The position numbers were made by a program, and so were the translations under genes. The notes beneath the pieces are model-generated. The model did no database searches, was not told the DNA's origin, and saw only the letters and a program-made list of their open reading frames with translations. Shown piece by piece: positions 1-5,050 of a stretch of 6,753 bases of DNA (the first letter of the stretch is position 1; every line of letters starts with the position of its first letter). Source of the DNA: a virus (lineage: Duplodnaviria; Heunggongvirae; Uroviricota; Caudoviricetes); IMG/VR virus record IMGVR_UViG_2684622669_000006, positions 1 through 6,753 of that record; one strand, written 5' to 3'.

Positions 1-46
1 AAACGCGTGCTTTTGCGCCCGGGCATAAAGTTTTGAGGATTAACAA

Positions 47-577
47 ATGACCACTATAACCAAAGGGCGACTGCTGACAATCAAGCAGTGGCGCGAAACA
101 TACGGACCGGGTAGCAACGTTGTACTGCCAGCAGAAGAAGCAGAAGAACTGGCACGGATTGCACTGGCATCGCTGGAAGCAGAGCCAGTGGCGTGGAAGG
201 CAACCTTCACGCAAATTGACAATAAATATAATACGTTCACCACTATGTATTCTGACAAAGCAGAAGTCGAACGCTGGGTGCGACTGCATGAAATAGGTGA
301 CTTTCGGGCAGAAATAACACCGCTTTACGCAGCGCCGTCAGCGCCGGTAATTCCGGATGGTTGGATAAGCTGTAGTGAGCGGATGCCTGAAAAGAACCAG
401 AACGTGCTTATTTCGGTGAATTTCGATAGCTCTCTGGTTGAACCGCTAATATGCTCCGCACGCTATACAGGAAGCACATTCCGGCGAGGAGAAGCAACGA
501 TTAAGCCGGGTAATGGTATTGAGCAGGCAACTCACTGGATGCCGCTACCGGAACCACCGCAGGAGGTGAATCAATGA
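47..577 (+). CDS. Phage hypothetical protein with C-terminal DUF551-like domain
   Basis: 176-aa ORF with GAGG Shine-Dalgarno at 35-38, 8 nt before ATG 47. The C-terminal segment (DGWISCSERMPEKNQNVLI ... THWMPLPEPP) matches what I remember of the DUF551 domain common in lambdoid early-region proteins. Assignment is from memory, not a search. Confidence 0.65.
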   Translation: MTTITKGRLLTIKQWRETYGPGSNVVLPAEEAEELARIALASLEAEPVAWKATFTQIDNKYNTFTTMYSDKAEVERWVRLHEIGDFRAEITPLYAAPSAPVIPDGWISCSERMPEKNQNVLISVNFDSSLVEPLICSARYTGSTFRRGEATIKPGNGIEQATHWMPLPEPPQEVNQ

Positions 578-657
578 CCTGGCCTGAAGCATTCACAATG
601 GTAGGAATTGCGATGGCGGTGGCGCTGGTGGTGTATTCGATTTGCCGCTGGGGATAA
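574..657 (+). CDS. Small hydrophobic peptide (27 aa, MTWPEAFTMVGIAMAVALVVYSICRWG), predicted single transmembrane helix
   Basis: ATG 574-576 overlaps the TGA stop of the upstream gene (ATGA). A near-perfect SD AGGAGGT at 561-567 sits 6 nt upstream. The product is almost entirely hydrophobic with a C-terminal RW, and the bidirectional terminator follows directly. Confidence 0.45.
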   Translation: MTWPEAFTMVGIAMAVALVVYSICRWG

Positions 658-663
658 CAAACA

Positions 664-692
664 AAAACCCCGGATTGATGGTCCGGGGTTTT
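664..692. terminator. Bidirectional rho-independent terminator between convergent operons
   Basis: Stem CCCCGGA (668-674) pairs with TCCGGGG (682-688) around a 7-nt loop. It is flanked by an A-run (663-667) and a T-run (689-692), so it reads as a hairpin plus U-tract on both strands. It lies between the plus-strand peptide stop (657) and the minus-strand antitoxin stop (714). Confidence 0.6.
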
Positions 693-713
693 GCTATTCA
701 TGGTGAATTTTTA

Positions 714-1031
714 TTAACAGATTGACTGAATTCCGTTTTTCTCAACCACAGAAAGCAAACGAAGGGCAGGGCCACCAGGGCGCTTTATTCCCCTTTCCCA
801 GTCTGAAATGAGGTTTTTACTGACATTAAGATATCTGGCGAAAACAGGTTGAGACAGATGCTCGCGCTCGCGAAGTGCCCGGATTCTTTCTGGCGACATT
901 GTTGGCGCTGGTTGCAGACAGAGTTCATCAAACTCTCTCATAGTTTGTTTTGTAACTGCGCCAATATCCTGAAGTGACTCCATCATTTCATGTACGGATG
1001 CAAGTGCATCACTGCGGTAATTTTTACTCAT
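714..1031 (-). CDS. Type II antitoxin, HTH DNA-binding (MqsA/HigA-2-like, COG2944-type C-terminal HTH)
   Basis: 105-aa ORF whose C-terminal half (SPERIRALREREHLSQPVFARYLNVSKNLISDWERGIKRPGGPALRLL) has the pattern of the HTH found in HigA-2/MqsA-type antitoxins. SD GGAGGT lies 5 nt upstream of the ATG (minus strand, within the toxin 3' end). The start overlaps the toxin stop by 8 nt (ATGAGTAA). Confidence 0.8.
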   Translation of the reverse strand: MSKNYRSDALASVHEMMESLQDIGAVTKQTMREFDELCLQPAPTMSPERIRALREREHLSQPVFARYLNVSKNLISDWERGIKRPGGPALRLLSVVEKNGIQSIC

Positions 1032-1395
1032 TGGGTACCTCCGTAAACTGACCTTGCAGGATCAATTGCGCCAGTTGTTCATCAGTAAGATTGAGAACGT
1101 GATGCGCAGCTTTTCGAAATGCGTTTTCCTCGATGGCTGTAATATTTTCTCTCTCATTCTTTGCGTACGCATAGATGAAAAAAGCCTTTTCTGCGACGCG
1201 GTAAAAAATTATTGTCCTATAACCGCCTGATTTACCGCCACCTCTTCGGGCTAATCGCTGCTTAATGACACCACTACCCAAATCTGCGGATATGAGTCCC
1301 TTATCAGCTAGTTCCACGACTTCTCGCAGAGCTTTATCGGAAATCCGATTTTTTCGTGCGAAGCGTTCAAACCAGGCATTTTTGAAAATGCGCAT
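1024..1395 (-). CDS. Type II toxin, RelE/ParE superfamily (HigB-2 / DUF1044-like); start uncertain (ATG at 1395 or 1407)
   Basis: The coding part of the 171-aa track ORF starts at MEPNMRIFKNAWFERFARK. The Gly-rich motif RRGGGKSGGYRTIIFY and YAYAKNE match what I remember of HigB-2-family toxins. The upstream 44 codons of the track ORF are AT-rich and look non-coding. Neither candidate ATG has a good SD. Confidence 0.7.
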   Translation of the reverse strand: MRIFKNAWFERFARKNRISDKALREVVELADKGLISADLGSGVIKQRLARRGGGKSGGYRTIIFYRVAEKAFFIYAYAKNERENITAIEENAFRKAAHHVLNLTDEQLAQLILQGQFTEVPNE

Positions 1396-1411
1396 GTTTG
1401 GTTCCATACCG

Positions 1412-1436
1412 TTGTGTAATACATAGTGTGACACAA
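1412..1436. promoter_or_regulatory. Candidate operator: nested inverted repeats immediately upstream of the toxin start
   Basis: TTGTGT (1412-1417) and ACACAA (1431-1436) are an inverted repeat, with an inner palindrome TGTG-A-CACA (1427-1435). It sits in the AT-rich divergent intergenic region, directly 5' of the toxin ATG on the minus strand. Confidence 0.3.
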
Positions 1437-1636
1437 TTAAATAGGGCAGGCAATATCCATACAGAGGACTTGCTAAGGAATGGCGGCTCAAAAAACACTC
1501 TATTTTTAGAGTATACAAATGACAGAAAGAAAAAGTCATTGTTTTTTCTCATGAAATACGCATTTTTTGGGAGTGAAATCGTTATTTGTAGTGGATATAT
1601 TCCAGCCATGTTTTATCCAATACCAGAGGTTTTACA

Positions 1637-1849
1637 ATGCAGAAGTTGATCGCCGCGAATTGTAAGTACGCAGTTATTCGTTGTGACGATATGTCGGTTG
1701 TAGCTGAAATGGATTGTTTTCCGGATGGAGCCAGAGCTGTATGGCATCGAAAAGGGAACATGCTTAGGGTAAGAGCTTTGCGGGCTGATGAGCGAATTGT
1801 ATCGAAAACAGTGCTCAGGGAGATCGTGTATCAGTTTATGCGGACTTGA
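1637..1849 (+). CDS. Hypothetical protein (70 aa)
   Basis: ORF with SD AGAGG (1625-1629) 7 nt before ATG 1637. It is divergent from the toxin-antitoxin operon. No recognisable motif. Confidence 0.5.
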   Translation: MQKLIAANCKYAVIRCDDMSVVAEMDCFPDGARAVWHRKGNMLRVRALRADERIVSKTVLREIVYQFMRT

Positions 1850-1913
1850 ACAAGTTGTATGTATCAACAATAATGCCACCCAAAATGGCTGAACACCATT
1901 TTACCTGACAAAG

Positions 1914-2213
1914 ATGCGCCAGCAGAGACAACCGATGGCGCACGATACCAAATTACACAATTCTGATAATCTCGCCGTCCCTGCCAGCAGGCGCGGGCGG
2001 CGTTCTCATGCATTCAAATCTGACTGGTTCCAGCATGATCCATGCACTGAAGAACAGGCCGAATGGCTGATTCAGAACTACCGCAGACGTGGTTACGAGT
2101 TTCAGAAAGACCTCAGCCTCGACTTCCGACACTGGATCATCTCAGTCAGACTGCCTTACTCTGAACGCCCACCGCGTCCGTCCCGCACATTCCAGCAACG
2201 GATCTGGAGGTAA
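1914..2213 (+). CDS. Hypothetical protein (99 aa); start uncertain (ATG 1914 or 1935)
   Basis: Its TAA stop (2211-2213) sits between the GGAGG SD (2206-2210) and the GTG start (2215) of the downstream gene, which indicates coupling. Where the two track ORFs overlap (2089-2213), this frame gives protein-like sequence and the other frame gives low-complexity S/T-rich sequence. No clear SD for either ATG. Confidence 0.45.
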   Translation: MRQQRQPMAHDTKLHNSDNLAVPASRRGRRSHAFKSDWFQHDPCTEEQAEWLIQNYRRRGYEFQKDLSLDFRHWIISVRLPYSERPPRPSRTFQQRIWR

Positions 2214-2214
2214 C

Positions 2215-3270
2215 GTGCGGGTATTACTTCGACCTGTTCTGGTACCGGAACTCGGGCTGGTGGTCCTTAAGCCAGGTCGTGAATCCATGCAGGTATTTCA
2301 CAATCCTCGAGTGCTGGTGGAGCCGGAACCCAAAAGCATGCGCGGTCTGCCGTCCGGCATCGTCCCTGACGTTCGCCAGCCGCTGGCGGAGGATAAATCA
2401 TTACTGCCATTTTTCAGCGACGAACGGGTGATTCGTGCTGCTGGTGGCGCTGGCGCATTGTCTGACTGGTTACTGCGCCATGTTAAATCCTGCCAGTGGC
2501 CACACGGCGATTATCACCACAGTGAAACCGTCATTCACCGTTATGGCGCTGGCGCGATGGTGTTGTGCTGGCACTGTGACAACCAGCTGCGTGACCAGAC
2601 ATCCGAATCACTCGAGCAACTTGCTCATCAAAACCTGTCAGCATGGATGATTGACGTCATCGGTCACGCAATAAGCGGTACGCAGGAGCGTGAATTATCT
2701 TTGGCTGAATTATCCTGGTGGGCGGTCCGCAATCAGGTGGCGGACGCGCTACCGGAAGCGGTATTACGTCGTTCGCTGGGGTTGCGTGCGGAAAAAATCC
2801 GCTCAATGTACCGTGAAAGCGACATCGTACCGGGAGAGCAGACCGCCACCAGCATACTGAAGCAGCGCACAAAAAATCTTGCGCCGCTGCCTCACGCCCA
2901 CCAGCAAAACCCGCCACAGGAAAAGACGGTGGTCAGCATTGCCGTTGATCCGGAGTCACCGGCTCAGTATCTCCAGCGCCAGAAACCACAACGGGAAGAG
3001 ATGCCTGTATACACGCGTTGGGTAAAAACGCAGAAATGCATGACGTGCGGTAATCAGGCAGATGATCCGCATCACATCATTGGTCATGGACTGGGAGGGA
3101 TGGGAACAAAGGCTGATGATTTGTTTGTTATTCCGCTGTGCCGTAAATGTCATAACGAACTGCACGCCGGGGTAAAAGATTTTGAAGAAAAACACGGCAG
3201 CCAGCTGTTGTTGCTGATTCGTTTTTTAATGCACGCGAGAAATTCGGGTGTCCTGAAGTGGAAAGCATGA
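2215..3270 (+). CDS. Phage nin-region protein, DUF968/YdfU-like, with C-terminal HNH-like Cys/His motif
   Basis: In-frame GTG at 2215 lies 4 nt after GGAGG, giving a 351-aa product starting VRVLLRPVLVPELG. The C-terminus (CMTCGNQADDPHHIIGHG ... LCRKCHNELHAG) looks like an HNH/zinc-binding nuclease motif. The first ATG of the track ORF (2089) adds an implausible low-complexity extension. It sits directly upstream of rusA, as in lambdoid nin regions. Confidence 0.7.
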   Translation: MRVLLRPVLVPELGLVVLKPGRESMQVFHNPRVLVEPEPKSMRGLPSGIVPDVRQPLAEDKSLLPFFSDERVIRAAGGAGALSDWLLRHVKSCQWPHGDYHHSETVIHRYGAGAMVLCWHCDNQLRDQTSESLEQLAHQNLSAWMIDVIGHAISGTQERELSLAELSWWAVRNQVADALPEAVLRRSLGLRAEKIRSMYRESDIVPGEQTATSILKQRTKNLAPLPHAHQQNPPQEKTVVSIAVDPESPAQYLQRQKPQREEMPVYTRWVKTQKCMTCGNQADDPHHIIGHGLGGMGTKADDLFVIPLCRKCHNELHAGVKDFEEKHGSQLLLLIRFLMHARNSGVLKWKA

Positions 3271-3651
3271 ATGACTGAACGCATAGAATTTGTTTTGCCT
3301 TACCCGCCGACGGTGAATACCTACTGGCGACGTCATGGCAATACGTATTTCATCTCGGAAGCCGGAAAGCGTTATCGCCGTGATGTGGCGCTAATTGTTC
3401 GCCAGCAGCGGCTGAAATTAAGCCTGTCCGGAAGGCTGGCGATAAAGATTATTGCAGAGCCACCGGATAAGCGCCGCCGCGACCTGGACAATATCCTGAA
3501 GGCACCACTGGATGCACTGACACATGCAGGACTGCTTATCGATGACGAGCAGTTTGACGAAATCAATATAGTGCGCGGTCAGCTCGTTCCTGGTGGGCGA
3601 CTGGGCGTGAAGATTTACGAAATAATGCATGACGGGCAGGTCAAAAAATGA
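3271..3651 (+). CDS. rusA: Crossover junction endodeoxyribonuclease RusA (Holliday junction resolvase)
   Basis: 126-aa product. PYPPTVNTYWRRH at the N-terminus and DKRRRDLDNILKAPLDALTHAGLLIDDEQ match the conserved RusA core (compare E. coli RusA PDRRRRDLDN ... DALT ... DD). ATG follows directly after the upstream TGA (TGAATG). Confidence 0.9.
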   Translation: MTERIEFVLPYPPTVNTYWRRHGNTYFISEAGKRYRRDVALIVRQQRLKLSLSGRLAIKIIAEPPDKRRRDLDNILKAPLDALTHAGLLIDDEQFDEINIVRGQLVPGGRLGVKIYEIMHDGQVKK

Positions 3652-4469
3652 AACTGGAAGATTTACCGAAATACTACTCCCCAAAATCGCCTGGCCTGAC
3701 TGATGCATCCGTCTCGACGTCAAAAGATACGCTGAGTATCACTGATGTGATGGCTGCGCAGGGTATGACACAAAACCGTGCTGAGATTGGATTTTCTGCG
3801 TTCCTGGGGAAAATGGGCATTAGTATGAATGACAGGGCGCGGGCAACAGAATTACTGGCAGATTATGCATTAAGTCAGTGCGATCGCGTGGCGGCGTTAA
3901 GAAAACTTCCGGCAGAAATAAAACCGGCAGTGATGCGCATTATGGCTTCGTATGCTTTTGAGGATTATGCCCGCAGCGCAGCGAGTAAAAAGCAGTGCCC
4001 TTGTTGCCATGGGGAAAAATTTATTGAAAGCGTAGTTTTTACAAACAAGGTTCAGTATCCGGATGGCAAGCCGCCAGTATGGGCAAAGTGTACGAAGGGT
4101 GTGTATCCGTCTTACTGGGAAGAATGGAAAAAAGTCCGGGAAGTGGTAAAAGTTGCCTGTCCTGAATGCGGGGGAAAGGGTGAGGTCTCCACCGCCTGTA
4201 AGGATTGCCGTGGGCGTGGTGTCGCCATTCATCGTGAAGAGTCGGTAAAACGTGGTATGCCTGTTATCAGGGACTGCCAGCGTTGTGGCGGTCGTGGCTA
4301 TGAAAGACTGCCATCAACGGAGGCATTTAATGCCATATGCGAGGTCACAAATCAGATAACACGCGCGTCATGGGAAAAAACTGTTAAGCAATTCTATGAC
4401 AAGCTGGTGGTTCGGTTTGACATTGAAGAGGCATGGGCGGAGCGACAGTTAAAAAAGGTAACCAGATAA
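3648..4469 (+). CDS. Putative late-gene antitermination protein Q (Q82/QuuQ-like), Cys-rich zinc-binding domain
   Basis: ATG overlaps the rusA stop (ATGA). 273-aa product with CPCC (aa 117-120) and three CxxCxGxG repeats (CPECGGKG, CKDCRGRG, CQRCGGRG; aa 171-217). Position is immediately upstream of a promoter plus terminator and the lysis genes. The Q assignment rests on synteny and the Cys cluster, not on direct homology. Confidence 0.5.
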   Translation: MKLEDLPKYYSPKSPGLTDASVSTSKDTLSITDVMAAQGMTQNRAEIGFSAFLGKMGISMNDRARATELLADYALSQCDRVAALRKLPAEIKPAVMRIMASYAFEDYARSAASKKQCPCCHGEKFIESVVFTNKVQYPDGKPPVWAKCTKGVYPSYWEEWKKVREVVKVACPECGGKGEVSTACKDCRGRGVAIHREESVKRGMPVIRDCQRCGGRGYERLPSTEAFNAICEVTNQITRASWEKTVKQFYDKLVVRFDIEEAWAERQLKKVTR

Positions 4470-4474
4470 CAAGG

Positions 4475-4502
4475 TTGATTTTTCCGGAATCTGTGGTAAA
4501 TT
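4475..4502 (+). promoter_or_regulatory. Candidate late promoter (PR'-like), sigma70-type
   Basis: TTGATT (4475-4480), 16-nt spacer, TAAATT (4497-4502), located 6 nt downstream of the Q-like gene stop. An intrinsic terminator follows about 50 nt downstream. Confidence 0.4.
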
Positions 4503-4552
4503 TGCATCTAACGATGGGCGTTTTGTGCCTGACGTTAGAAGAATTTTTACAG

Positions 4553-4575
4553 CCCGCCTCCAAGCGGGTTTTTTT
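4553..4575 (+). terminator. Rho-independent terminator (tR'-like)
   Basis: GC stem CCCGC (4553-4557) pairs with GCGGG (4564-4568) around loop CTCCAA, followed by seven T (4569-4575). Confidence 0.6.
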
Positions 4576-4696
4576 ATGCCCGAAAAGCGGTACGGTACAT
4601 TAAACACGCTGGTGGTCGTGAATACTGACTTTTTATCTTGCTGGCTTTTTAGACAAGAGTTATTGGTATGTCATGTTAACCAGAAGGGAAAAAGAC

Positions 4697-4900
4697 ATGC
4701 TAAAACAGCAAGATATGACAGAAACCGCCGCCGCAGTCCTTCATTTCTTACCTGCTGACAAGTGGGTAACGCCACGCATGATGACGAGAACTACCGGAGT
4801 AAGCGAAGCCCGGTGCCAGTTAATACTGACTCAGTTAGTTCTGGCGGGTCTGGCGAAGGATAACGGCGGGTACGGGAATAAATTCAGACGCTGCCAGTAA
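4697..4900 (+). CDS. Small hypothetical protein, possible winged-helix DNA-binding (67 aa; alternative start ATG 4673)
   Basis: SD AAGGG (4684-4688) 8 nt before ATG 4697. The product (MLKQQDMTETAAAVLHFLPADKWVTPRMMTRTTGVSEARCQLILTQLVLAGLAKDNGG) has a helix-turn-helix-like pattern. The DNA-binding assignment is inference. Confidence 0.45.
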   Translation: MLKQQDMTETAAAVLHFLPADKWVTPRMMTRTTGVSEARCQLILTQLVLAGLAKDNGGYGNKFRRCQ

Positions 4901-5050
4901 TGGCGGTTTCCTGCTGTGAAAATGGGCGGCTGGTGGGTGTTGGTAGCACCTGCCAGCCATTCGCTCATGCTTACTGGTCACAAGCGAACCACGGCCCACT
5001 GCTTTAGCGCAAAAGCAGAGTGAGCCTACCAGAGTTACGCTTACTGATCC

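Noticed and set aside
1-50. 3' end of an upstream gene running into the window
   Set aside because: Two frames are open from the window edge, stopping at 34-36 or at 48-50 (the latter overlapping ATG 47 as ATGA). There are too few codons to decide frame or identity, so it is not reported as a feature.
131-148. Tandem GCAGAAGAA x2 repeat
   Set aside because: Two copies only, inside the DUF551 coding frame (encodes AEEAEE). A codon-level repeat, not a repeat element or CRISPR.
40-701. Minus-strand ORFs 40-258 and 501-701 opposite the DUF551 gene and micro-ORF
   Set aside because: Antisense to a coding frame with good SD and coupling. The 501-701 ORF also crosses the bidirectional terminator. 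Translations are low-complexity (Ser/Ala-rich).
1408-1539. N-terminal 44-codon extension of the toxin ORF in the six-frame track (MTFSFCHLYTLKIECFLSRHSLASPLYGYCLPYLIVSHYVLHNG)
   Set aside because: AT-rich with atypical composition (Cys/Tyr/Leu/His-rich), and it would place the start deep in the divergent promoter region. The conserved toxin fold begins at MRIFKNAWFERF.
1367-1879. ORFs 1367-1609 (-), 1398-1649 (+) and 1613-1879 (-) around the divergent intergenic region
   Set aside because: They span the AT-rich promoter region or lie antisense to the SD-supported 70-aa ORF. Translations are Phe/Leu/Lys/Ile-rich, as expected from AT-rich non-coding DNA.
2089-2214. ATG-initiated N-terminal extension of the DUF968 ORF (MVTSFRKTSASTSDTGSSQSD...)
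   Set aside because: Low-complexity Ser/Thr-rich translation that overlaps the better-looking frame of the 99-aa ORF. A GGAGG SD 4 nt before in-frame GTG 2215 gives a much more plausible start.
2435-4232. Internal or antisense ORFs within the DUF968, rusA and Q-like genes (2435-2650 +, 2657-2917 -, 2956-3195 -, 3372-3566 -, 3418-3723 -, 3897-4232 -)
   Set aside because: All fall inside stronger sense-strand genes with recognisable motifs and coupled starts. No independent RBS or motif evidence.
4525-4758. 77-aa plus-strand ORF spanning the tR'-like terminator
   Set aside because: It runs through the terminator hairpin and T-tract and overlaps the SD and start of the 4697 ORF out of frame. 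Its translation is low-complexity with no RBS.
4901-5050. Possible tRNA gene in the gap between the wHTH ORF and the MTase (lambdoid phages often carry tRNAs near Q)
   Set aside because: No GTTCGA-type T-loop, no 7-bp acceptor stem with a complementary 3' end, and no cloverleaf-compatible spacing found by eye. The hairpins here are recorded as a finding instead.
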